From: a virus
DNA: 64,000 bases
IMG/VR virus record: IMGVR_UViG_3300033405_000004
Span: 64,001-128,000 of that record
Direction: 5' to 3' (one strand)
A program made the position numbers and the translations under genes. The notes below the pieces were generated by a model that worked only from the letters and a program-made list of their open reading frames with translations, did not search any database and was not told the DNA's origin. Positions 56,368 to 64,000 of this stretch are shown in pieces. Position 1 is the first letter of the stretch. Each line of letters starts with the position of its first letter.

Positions 56368-56541
56368 ATGAAAGTAAAAGTTGGCAGCAAAATCTACGAC
56401 GGCAACGACCAGCCAGTGATGGTCATTCTGTCCAAGAAGGATAAGTTCAACATCGCGCACATGCCTCCGCGCGTTAGGTGTTACTGTAGCTTTCCTGACG
56501 GTATGGACGCCAAGAAAGTCCTGCAATGGATGAAGAGATGA
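56368..56541 (+). CDS. small hypothetical protein
   Basis: 57 aa, MKVKVGSKIYDG.DQPVMVIL...; coupled to the next gene. Confidence 0.6.
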   Translation: MKVKVGSKIYDGNDQPVMVILSKKDKFNIAHMPPRVRCYCSFPDGMDAKKVLQWMKR

Positions 56542-56921
56542 AGGTCACCCTGATCCGCGCCGACGTCACCAGCCTGAACGGGCGATGCTACCCGAAGGGC
56601 GTGCTGGAGCAGGCGCTCCTGAAGATGCCGCGCGAGATGTTCGGCACCGTCGGGTTCCTCGAATATGGCGAGCCGGTCACCCTGGAGAACGCCGCCTTCA
56701 GGGCCAGCGGCTTCGCCACCAACGAGCGGGGCGACGTCGTCGCGGAGATCGCCGTCCTGGACACCGCCCCCGGGCGCAAGCTCTGCGAGCTGATCGAGAA
56801 CAAGATCGACGTCGTGTTCCGCGCCGCCGGCACCGGCAGGCTGGAGGGGGCGGAGGTCAGGGAGTTCGAGATCACCGGCATCGCCATGCTGCCGAAGGAG
56901 AGGGACGCTTTCAACTTGTAA
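56538..56921 (+). CDS. gp21/U9 prohead-protease-like protein lacking catalytic residues
   Basis: NGR.YP..VL and LDT..GR.L..L fold motifs, but GTVGFL and RAAG.G in place of the His and Ser motifs. Confidence 0.65.
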   Translation: MKVTLIRADVTSLNGRCYPKGVLEQALLKMPREMFGTVGFLEYGEPVTLENAAFRASGFATNERGDVVAEIAVLDTAPGRKLCELIENKIDVVFRAAGTGRLEGAEVREFEITGIAMLPKERDAFNL

Positions 56922-56962
56922 GTCTAAAACTTTTCAGCCACAGTGTGGCTCGTTCTTTCCAA

Positions 56963-57554
56963 CCCCGGGGGTGTACCGGATTCGATCCGGTCGTGACCGG
57001 GGCCCCTGCACGCCGGGCGATCCGACCTCACCCCGTAAAACTGCGGCCGGAACCATAGACGGCAACGACTATGACCAAAAGGTGATCAAGGTGGACTTCT
57101 CGAAGTCCGCCGAGGTCGCCCTGGCGGCCGCCTAAGCGGCCGCCCGCCGAGCCCCGACGCCTGCTGAGGGCCACGGCGACGCAGCAGGCGAAAACGGCGG
57201 CGGACTCAGCGTCGGAGAAGGGTGACTGGGTCCAAACCGACTTCGGCCGGGGTTGCCCAACCCACTCGTTGACAAACGGCGGCCGGCCCTTTGGTTGGGG
57301 ACCGCTCCGCACTGGCTTGTCAGCGCAAGCCGAAAGGCGCGGACAAAACCGCGGGCACTTGCGAGGTCGCCAACCCATGCCAATGGGGACTCCTGGTAGG
57401 GCGACGCGTCCGGGGCTCACACCCCGGGTTTTGCCGACAAGGCCGGGTCACGCGATGTCACGCAATGAAATGGAAGCGCCGGAAGTGCACGGGGGCGCGC
57501 CCCCGAACGATGCACGCAAGCCGGTTCTAACCCGGATCGAGGATAGCCCTGGGG
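56963..57554 (+). ncRNA. ssrA: tmRNA-like RNA (tag GNDYDQKVIKVDFSKSAEVALAAA) with non-canonical 3' end
   Basis: 5' GGGGGTG...GATTCGA start, PK1-like region, ATAGAC|GGC resume context, ALAAA* tag with stop in a hairpin loop, long-range helix-2 pairing; no T-arm or CCA found. Confidence 0.8.
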
Positions 57555-57586
57555 GCCGGCGACCCCTGCGCTGACGCCATTTTCCC

Positions 57587-57676
57587 ATGATGATTGCCTG
57601 CTCCATCCTGGCGGCCTGGCTCCTCTGGAAACTGCTCCATCGGTGGAGCGAGGACGCTCCCCGCGACTATGAGTGA
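57587..57676 (+). CDS. putative small membrane peptide
   Basis: 29 aa, MMIACSILAAWLLWKLLHRWSEDAPRDYE. Confidence 0.35.
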   Translation: MMIACSILAAWLLWKLLHRWSEDAPRDYE

Positions 57677-57686
57677 TAGTTAGGGC

Positions 57687-57974
57687 ATGCCGAACGCGCG
57701 CCAGATTCTCGAAAGCCTCGTCGAAGACGAGGCCGTCCGCATCGGCCCGCCGCCGCGGGTGAAGTCCCTTACCGACCGGGAGTGGCTGGCCTGGAAGGAC
57801 AGGCTCACCCCGCAGCAGTGGGAGGCCCTGGGGAGGGTGCGGGAGCGCTGGGACTGGGTGGCCGACCCGGGGTTCCTGCCGCTGGAGAAGTGCCTGATGG
57901 TCCACGTCGGCTCGAACGAGACCGGGGCGGAGATGTGGCTCGGCATCGAGACCGATGGCCACACCCACTCCTGA
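57687..57974 (+). CDS. hypothetical protein with ARQILESLVE tag
   Basis: TAGTTAG-N3-ATG upstream; C-terminal MWLGIETDG.THS. Confidence 0.75.
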   Translation: MPNARQILESLVEDEAVRIGPPPRVKSLTDREWLAWKDRLTPQQWEALGRVRERWDWVADPGFLPLEKCLMVHVGSNETGAEMWLGIETDGHTHS

Positions 57975-59181
57975 CCTGCACGTCCCGCCCTACGACGGGT
58001 TCTGGCTCCGCCCCGACGGGCGGCTGTACCTCGTCGGGATCAAGGAGGAGCACGACGCGTGGGCGGAGGACTACTTGAGGCTTCCCAGCAACGTCTACGG
58101 CGACGCCAGGGAAAAGCTCCTGGCCATGGGCTGGTGGCGCGGCGTCAGGGAGACCGACGCCCGCGAGGAGGTCATCGGCGTCAACGGCGAGAGGCCGCTG
58201 ACCAGCCGCCAGCGCGCGACCCTGGAGGAGGTGGGGATGGAGAACGGCATCCCCGTGGTGGCCTACTGGCCCGACCCGGAGGAGACGATCTATTCGCCGC
58301 CGGAGATGGCGGTGGCCGAGGCCCGGCTCCCGTACGTGCCCCGCGGCTTCTGGCTCACCCAGGCGGGGAAGGTGTACGACGTGGGCCTGGACGACCACGA
58401 CCTCTGGGCGGCCGACTTCCTCGACTTCAAGCGGCCCGCGGACAGCGACGACCCCACTTATGGTGACAGCTCGCAGATCCTTCTGCGGCGCGGCTGGTGG
58501 CGGGCCGTGCTCATCGACGAGCAGTACATCGCCAACGGCGACATCGCGCTCACCCGCGCCCAGCGCGGGGTCCTGGAGGAGATGGGCCTGGAGGCCGGCG
58601 TCCCGGTGCTGGCCTACCTGGGGGCGCCGAGCTGGGAGGGCGGCGGGGAGCCGGAGGTGGTCTTCTCGCCGCCGACGGAAGTCGCGGAGGCCTTCGGGCG
58701 CGGCAAGCCGCTCGAACCGGCCACGGTGGAAAGGCTCAGGGCGAGGCTGACGCGGGGCATGGAGGTCTGGCGGGGGTTCAGGCGGCCGGGCCAGAAGCCG
58801 GCCGACCCCGGCGACCTCGGCCAGGGCGCCTACCACAGCACCTCGCGCTCGCGGGCGTCCGGCTACGGCGAGCCCCGGCGGGTCGTCCTGCGTCTGCGCA
58901 ACCCCCTCATCCTCTCGGCCGGCGAGGCCTACGACCAGGTCGCCGACCGGTTCGGCACGATCAGCGGGGTGGCCGGCGAGCCGCAGCACGGCGCCGGAGA
59001 CATGGGGGCGCGGGCCCTGCGCTCGGCCGAGGCGACGGCGGCCCTCGTGCGGGCGGGGTACGACGGGCTGGTGGCCGTCAACCCGCACCGTTACGGCGGC
59101 CTGGGCGGCGAGATCGAAATCGTCCAGTTCCCGGCCGTCTCCGAGGAGGCCTGCCGGCTCGTCGACGCGTTGCTGGCGTGA
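57955..59181 (+). CDS. polyvalent protein: two tandem repeated domains plus ADP-ribosyltransferase-like (ART-PolyVal-type) domain
   Basis: GFWL..G..Y.V...HD.WA.D.L...GWWR twice; then VWRG, G.GAYHST, L.NPL, GYDG and EIVQF. Confidence 0.65.
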   Translation: MATPTPDLHVPPYDGFWLRPDGRLYLVGIKEEHDAWAEDYLRLPSNVYGDAREKLLAMGWWRGVRETDAREEVIGVNGERPLTSRQRATLEEVGMENGIPVVAYWPDPEETIYSPPEMAVAEARLPYVPRGFWLTQAGKVYDVGLDDHDLWAADFLDFKRPADSDDPTYGDSSQILLRRGWWRAVLIDEQYIANGDIALTRAQRGVLEEMGLEAGVPVLAYLGAPSWEGGGEPEVVFSPPTEVAEAFGRGKPLEPATVERLRARLTRGMEVWRGFRRPGQKPADPGDLGQGAYHSTSRSRASGYGEPRRVVLRLRNPLILSAGEAYDQVADRFGTISGVAGEPQHGAGDMGARALRSAEATAALVRAGYDGLVAVNPHRYGGLGGEIEIVQFPAVSEEACRLVDALLA

Positions 59182-59200
59182 TCCAGTTCTTCCTTACCCG

Positions 59201-60037
59201 ATGAGGAAGATCTACGCCACGTTCAGCGGGGACAAGTACCACGACACCACCCGCGAGATAGTCAGGCGCGCCCCCCTGTTCGGGGTCGACGAAGTTTGGG
59301 TCTACGACGACCACTGGCTCAGGACCAAGCGCGCGGAGTACTGCGCCCAGAACAAGTGGCTCTTCGAGCACCGCTGCCACACCGGCCCGCCGAGGGAGCC
59401 GTCGTTCCACGACGAGCCAGGCCCCCGCGGGGTGAACTGGTTCGCGTTCAAGCCGTTCGTCGTCCTGGACGCGCTCGAACGCGCCGTGCCGGGCGACCTC
59501 GTCCTCTTCACCGACGCCGACACCTACCCCATCGCGCCCCTGCAGGTCCTGTACGACATCTGCCAGCGCGATGGTCTCATGCTCTTCTCGGCCGTCGGCA
59601 ACTGGCACAGCCGCTGGTGCAAGCGGGAGTGCTTCGCCGTCATGGGCCAGGACGAGCCCCGCTGGCGCGACGTGCAGCACGCCGTCGCCCGCTTCATGCT
59701 CTTCAGGAGGCCGGAGCGCATGAGCGCCTCCCGGCCGGTCCAGATGCTCTGGGAATGGTTCACCTACACCCTGAACCCGCTCGCCACCACCTTCACCCAG
59801 ACCGGCAGGCTGGGCCTCCCGGAGTACCCGGAGTTCTACGAGCACCGCTGCGAGCAGGCCATCCTCACCAACCTGGCCCACAAGTACGGCTTCCGGCTGT
59901 ACCGCGAGGCCTGCGCGTACGGGAACTCGGTCAAGGACGACCTGGACCTCTACCCGCAGCTGTTCGAGCAGATCGGCGGCCACAGCTACGGCCCCGTGCG
60001 CGGGCAGGGCAGCATGTTCAGGAACATCGAGGACTGA
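59201..60037 (+). CDS. putative glycosyltransferase
   Basis: W.FKP.V...AL, LFTDAD and EHR.EQAILT. Confidence 0.75.
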   Translation: MRKIYATFSGDKYHDTTREIVRRAPLFGVDEVWVYDDHWLRTKRAEYCAQNKWLFEHRCHTGPPREPSFHDEPGPRGVNWFAFKPFVVLDALERAVPGDLVLFTDADTYPIAPLQVLYDICQRDGLMLFSAVGNWHSRWCKRECFAVMGQDEPRWRDVQHAVARFMLFRRPERMSASRPVQMLWEWFTYTLNPLATTFTQTGRLGLPEYPEFYEHRCEQAILTNLAHKYGFRLYREACAYGNSVKDDLDLYPQLFEQIGGHSYGPVRGQGSMFRNIED

Positions 60038-60086
60038 TTTTCTGTTCTTACACCGTTGCTGGTTCAATCCCCAACTCCCTGAAAAC

Positions 60087-60308
60087 ATGATCTACGTCTA
60101 TATCGCGCTCGTTGTCCTGTTCGTCATCGTGATCCTCGTGCACTTCTTCGGCAGGAAGGCCCTCGCCAAGGCGAAGGCTGAGCTCGCCGTCCTGAAAGCT
60201 GACGCTGAAGCCGACCTCGCCGCCGCGAAGGCGGATCTCCAGAAGGCCGACGCCGCCCTTGAGGCGAGGGTTAAGGTCGTCGAAGCCTGGATCAAGAGCA
60301 AGACCTGA
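60087..60308 (+). CDS. membrane-anchored coiled-coil protein
   Basis: N-terminal TM segment plus Ala/Lys heptads. Confidence 0.7.
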   Translation: MIYVYIALVVLFVIVILVHFFGRKALAKAKAELAVLKADAEADLAAAKADLQKADAALEARVKVVEAWIKSKT

Positions 60309-60313
60309 GCCGT

Positions 60314-61681
60314 TTACGGCCAGACGGCGCCCTGGAGCTGGTCGAGGGCGTTGGCTATGCTCGTGGGTGGCGACGGCCACTTGTTCGAGTGTGCGGGGGT
60401 GTACATCCCGGAGATGACCACCGCGTTGTGCGACCCGTCGCTGGTGACGGCGATGGTGGTGCCGTCGCCGGCGATGCTCTTGAAGGGGAGGTTGACGCCT
60501 GACTTCGGCAGCACCAGCCCGACGCCGATCATGCCGGCGTTCGAGGCCGTGTTGGCCTCGCCGCCCGTGCCGGTGCCGACGGTAGTTGCCAGGCCGAACT
60601 TTCCGGCCTCCCGGAAGTAGGCCACGTTGGGGTTCGAGAGGTCCGTCGCGCCCTTCTGGACGATCAGCCAGCCCCTGAAGCAGGCCCGGCTGGCTATCGG
60701 GTTGATCGCTACTGAGTTCTGGATGTCGGCCTTCGCATCGTTCAGCGTGTCGTAGATCCGCTGCCCGATGCCTAGGCCGGTCAGGTTGATGATTGGGAAA
60801 TGGAACAGCAGCTGGATCGTCCAATAGGTGTCCGGCACGGTGGCCAGGTGCCCGGAGCCGTCGTCCCAGTGGTTCGGGTCGATGTTGGGCGTGGGTGGGA
60901 GCTCGATCCAGCCCCCCTGGCCGTCTTGGTAGGCGGAGATGAAGTAGAGGTAGCCGGCACCCTGGCTCGGACATGTCGTGATGTTGGGCGATTTCGGGTC
61001 GATCCCGAAGTTGCCGCCCGGGACGAACGAGTGCCCGGCGGTTTTTGTGAGGTAGGGGCCGCTCGCCCCGCTGGCCCCGGCGTAGACGTTCCCGTCGACG
61101 TTGAAGACGCCGAACTGGGCGAGGAAGTCCTCCACCGTCTTGGCGTGGTCCGGGATCAGCCAGGGCGTGCCCTCCGCGTAGGCGATGACGCCGCCCGAGT
61201 GCCCCAGGGCGCCGAGTTCGATGGCGTCGCGCGTGTCGTCCGGCGTGAAGTCCGTGTCCGAGATCTGGAACGACCCGTTTGAGTCGATGGCGACGAAGGA
61301 GGCGTCGGTGGTGGCCGCGTAGGGGTCCGTGAGGCCCGGCAGGGTGCCCCAGCTGACCAGCGTCCGCACGGGGTTGGTCGGGTCGGTGTAGTTGTTGACA
61401 ATGACCCCGGTGCCCGCGGCGATGCCGAACGTCGTCGTGCCGGGCGTGAACGAGAGCCCCCCGCCGCTGATCAGGCCCGTGCCCATGATGTTGTTGAGGA
61501 GGTCGAAGTCCTGCGACCCGCCGCCGGAGCCGGTGGCCCCCTGGTAGCCCTGCGGGCCTGTGGCGCCCTGGAACCCCTGGTAGCCCTGCGGGCCGAGGTA
61601 GGGGTTCGGGAGGTAGAACGCCTCCAGGTACTGCGCGCCCTGTGGGCCGGTGTACCCGTAGTAATACCCGTAATAAGGCAT
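60314..61681 (-). CDS. collagen-repeat virion fibre protein
   Basis: GPQGYQGFQGATGPQGYQGATG; GEANTASN.G...G....KSGV.L.FKSI. Confidence 0.8.
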   Translation of the reverse strand: MPYYGYYYGYTGPQGAQYLEAFYLPNPYLGPQGYQGFQGATGPQGYQGATGSGGGSQDFDLLNNIMGTGLISGGGLSFTPGTTTFGIAAGTGVIVNNYTDPTNPVRTLVSWGTLPGLTDPYAATTDASFVAIDSNGSFQISDTDFTPDDTRDAIELGALGHSGGVIAYAEGTPWLIPDHAKTVEDFLAQFGVFNVDGNVYAGASGASGPYLTKTAGHSFVPGGNFGIDPKSPNITTCPSQGAGYLYFISAYQDGQGGWIELPPTPNIDPNHWDDGSGHLATVPDTYWTIQLLFHFPIINLTGLGIGQRIYDTLNDAKADIQNSVAINPIASRACFRGWLIVQKGATDLSNPNVAYFREAGKFGLATTVGTGTGGEANTASNAGMIGVGLVLPKSGVNLPFKSIAGDGTTIAVTSDGSHNAVVISGMYTPAHSNKWPSPPTSIANALDQLQGAVWP

Positions 61682-61685
61682 GGTG

Positions 61686-62849
61686 CTAGCCGATGAGCTG
61701 GGTGACCAGCGTCCGGGCGTAGAGCTTGTCGCCGACCACGCGCTGCACGTCGGCGGCGATCTCGCTGATGAGCCTCCCGGTGTTCAGGCGGTGGTAGGCC
61801 CCCTTCAGCAGCGGCGGGAGGATGCGCCGGTAGGCGGCGTCCATGAGTTCGAGGTAGCGCCGGCAGCTCTCGTCCATGTCCTCGCTCAGCTTGAGGTCCA
61901 TGCCGGCGGCGTAGTAGTTGAGGCTGCCCTGGCGCTCCGTGAGCCGGGCGTAGGCGACCTCCGGGGGCACCACGCAGTGGAAGACGACGTCGGGGACCCG
62001 CAGGCCCCTGTAGAGGGCGAGCAGCGCCGACTCGTCGACGCCGCGGAGGGAGTCGCGCACGAGGCTCGTGTAGAGGTAGCGGTCGCAGAGGACCGTCCTG
62101 CCCTCCTGCAGCGCCGGGGCGATGACGGTCTCGTACCGCTCGACCAGGTCGGCGGCGTGGAGGAGGGAGAAGAGGAGCGGCGACAGCGACTGCTCCTCCT
62201 TCGCCTGCCGGATGAGCGGGGCGAAGCGGGCGCTGCTGTTCCACTTGGTGGCGACCGCCGGCTGGCGGTTGGATTCCAGCCACTCCTGGAGCTTCCGGTG
62301 CTGCGTGGACTTGCCGGACCCGTCCGGCCCCTCGAAGGCGATGAGCAGGCCCCGCCTGGACTCGACGATCGGGTGCGCCGCCGCGAGGGCCGCGAGGGAC
62401 TCGTGGACCGCCAGGGCCGCCGCGACCAGGGAGCCGGTCTGGGTCAGCCTGCCCGCCTCCCTGGCGGGGACCCACTCCAGGGCCTTCTCGTCGCTCGACG
62501 CCTTGGCCTCGGTGCCCGGGGGCACCCTGGTGGTGTAGAAGTGGAGGCCGCCCAGCTTGCCCACGTAGGTGAGCCTGTCGGCGGGCGCGTCGATGCCGGT
62601 CTCCTCGCGCAGCTCCCGGCTGGCGGCCTGCGCGGGGTCCTCGCCCGGCCGCAGGTGGCCGCCGGGGAAGTCGTGCGCCGCGCCCTTCTTGACCCCGACC
62701 AGCACCTCCGGCCAGGGGGCGCCTACGTAGCCGGGCGGGATGGCCGTCCCCGCGGCGCCGGGGTCGCGCCCCGGGCGCACCACGATGACGTGCGCGCCCT
62801 CCTTCAGGTCGCCGGGGTCCTTCTCGATCAGGGCGTGGATGCGGTTCAC
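61686..62849 (-). CDS. Nudix hydrolase-thymidylate kinase fusion
   Basis: PGG....GE....AA.REL.EETG Nudix box; IAFEG.DGSGKST and VLCDRY..S (Tmk). Confidence 0.9.
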   Translation of the reverse strand: MNRIHALIEKDPGDLKEGAHVIVVRPGRDPGAAGTAIPPGYVGAPWPEVLVGVKKGAAHDFPGGHLRPGEDPAQAASRELREETGIDAPADRLTYVGKLGGLHFYTTRVPPGTEAKASSDEKALEWVPAREAGRLTQTGSLVAAALAVHESLAALAAAHPIVESRRGLLIAFEGPDGSGKSTQHRKLQEWLESNRQPAVATKWNSSARFAPLIRQAKEEQSLSPLLFSLLHAADLVERYETVIAPALQEGRTVLCDRYLYTSLVRDSLRGVDESALLALYRGLRVPDVVFHCVVPPEVAYARLTERQGSLNYYAAGMDLKLSEDMDESCRRYLELMDAAYRRILPPLLKGAYHRLNTGRLISEIAADVQRVVGDKLYARTLVTQLIG

Positions 62850-62863
62850 GCCCTAACTACGGT

Positions 62864-63706
62864 TCACTTCGGGGGCGGGTCCTTCGGGTCGTGCTTGTCC
62901 CTGTACCGCTGGTCGTCCCGGCCGGTGTAGCCGTACGGCTTGCCGTCGACCGCGTCGTAGAACCAGGAGTGCTGCTTCCGGCCGAACTGGGCGTGGGTGA
63001 CGTCCAGGCCGAGAACCACGTTCTTGAGGCCGGCGTCGACGCACCGCTGCCCGTAGTCCTCCCACACGCACCAGGCGGTGAAGCCCTCGTCTAGGTAGCC
63101 CACCCTTCCGACGACGTGCCGGGGGTAGCTGATGGGGCCGGAGTTCATGTGGTCCCGCTCGACGAACTCGCCGTGCTTCAGCCACGTCCTCCGGTCGGGG
63201 AGCGGCGCCTCCGACCGGGACCAGAACGAGCTGGCGAGGTTCGGCTCGCCGCGGACGCTGTACCCGTCGCGGCTGCCGATGATGCCCAGGCTGGGGCCGT
63301 AGGCTTCGAGCACCCTCTGCACCTCGGCGTGGATGGGCCGGTTGAACCGCTCGTCGTCCTGCGGGGCCACCAGGACGTCGCAGTCGGTGCGCTCCACGAA
63401 GTGCCTGAGCAGGATGTTGTGGCCCCCGACTTCGCGCACCTCCTTGTCGGGCTTGAAGACCGTGTACTTGAAGGGCTTCCTCGGCGCGGTCTCGTAGCCG
63501 AGGTCGTACGGGTAGAACTTGAACCCCCGGTGCTCCAGCCAGAAGCTCTCCATGTGCTCGAAGGCCTGGTCCGTGCCGTCCTTCGGGGCGTCGAGCACGA
63601 AGGCCAGCTCGGTGTTGCCCGGGTCGAAGTTCTCGACGATCCCGTCGAGCAGGTAGGCCAGCATGTCGGCCCGGCACCAGATGTGGTAGCCCAGGAGGAT
63701 CTTCAT
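62864..63706 (-). CDS. glycosyltransferase family 2-like
   Basis: PQDD, VGYLDE.F and WED...R. Confidence 0.75.
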   Translation of the reverse strand: MKILLGYHIWCRADMLAYLLDGIVENFDPGNTELAFVLDAPKDGTDQAFEHMESFWLEHRGFKFYPYDLGYETAPRKPFKYTVFKPDKEVREVGGHNILLRHFVERTDCDVLVAPQDDERFNRPIHAEVQRVLEAYGPSLGIIGSRDGYSVRGEPNLASSFWSRSEAPLPDRRTWLKHGEFVERDHMNSGPISYPRHVVGRVGYLDEGFTAWCVWEDYGQRCVDAGLKNVVLGLDVTHAQFGRKQHSWFYDAVDGKPYGYTGRDDQRYRDKHDPKDPPPK

Positions 63707-64000
63707 CAGGGGTTAGAACTAGGCCCAGACCAGCCGGTGGGCGTGGATCTGCCGTCGTTTGAGGCTTTCCCGCACCTGCCGTATGAAGGTGGGGAGTGGG
63801 CTCTTGCGGGCGGCGCGGAGGCAGGGCTGGCGCCGGACGGGGGCGTCGTCCAGATGGCCAGCCTCCGGCAGGCCCGCAGGGGGCGCCAACTCTCCCGGGG
63901 TTCCGTCATCAGCTCGTGGATGAACCGCTGCCAGCGCAGGCGCGCGGCCTTCAGCCTGGCCTGCTCCTCGCTGTAGTCCCCATAGGAGCTGCTGGCGATG
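63706..64000 (-). CDS. 3' part of a gene running off the window (partial)
   Basis: Open frame ...YGDYSEEQARLKAARLRWQRFIHEL...; true end uncertain. Confidence 0.35.
   Translation of the reverse strand, partial: IASSSYGDYSEEQARLKAARLRWQRFIHELMTEPRESWRPLRACRRLAIWTTPPSGASPASAPPARAHSPPSYGRCGKASNDGRSTPTGWSGPSSNP

Noticed and set aside
56975-56991. ACCGG-ATTCGAT-CCGGT hairpin as a tRNA T-arm
   Set aside because: No cloverleaf or CCA surrounds it; it is the tmRNA 5' GATTCGA segment. No tRNA genes were recognised in the window.
57136-57580. Group I intron or permuted two-piece gene explaining the tmRNA anomaly
   Set aside because: No convincing P7/R-S core and no downstream or upstream acceptor exon seen by eye. 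This is not fully excluded without a covariance-model search.
826-63976. Many long antisense or alternate-frame ORFs (e.g. 5061..7178-, 11099..13714+, 43408..46224-)
   Set aside because: Expected shadows of GC3-biased genes in high-GC DNA, with R/G/P-rich or motif-less translations. Only 51394..52695 has independent protein motifs.

Overview
This window is a GC-rich (roughly 70% by eye), gene-dense segment of a large T4-superfamily-like tailed phage (myovirus or jumbo type). No host housekeeping context is visible. Head and tail genes: gp23-like major capsid, gp21 protease fused to a scaffold, baseplate wedge proteins and a collagen-containing fibre. Replication and recombination genes: RecA/UvsX, gp32-like SSB, UvsY-like protein, DnaB-like helicase and a UDG-fused family A polymerase. 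Also present: two sigma-like factors, an XRE repressor, DNA methyltransferases with a Vsr, several glycosyltransferases and many accessory ORFs. The most unusual signals are: (1) an oversized (~590 nt) tmRNA-like RNA with an intact tag reading frame but no T-arm or CCA end; (2) an amphipathic 'ES-x-x-x-I/LV-x-x-LLE' tag shared by many late-promoter proteins, including Acb1-like 2H-phosphoesterase, ART-like and Nudix/TMK polyproteins, suggesting a capsid-cargo packaging and processing system; (3) a C5-methyltransferase encoded in two fully overlapping frames, one carrying WxTP repeats; (4) a shared C-terminal RK[F/I]DL motif in four proteins of an AAA/DUF1257/DUF2997 operon; (5) three readable classes of regulatory motif plus a 19-bp operator. 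All family assignments come from motif recognition by eye; no searches were run.
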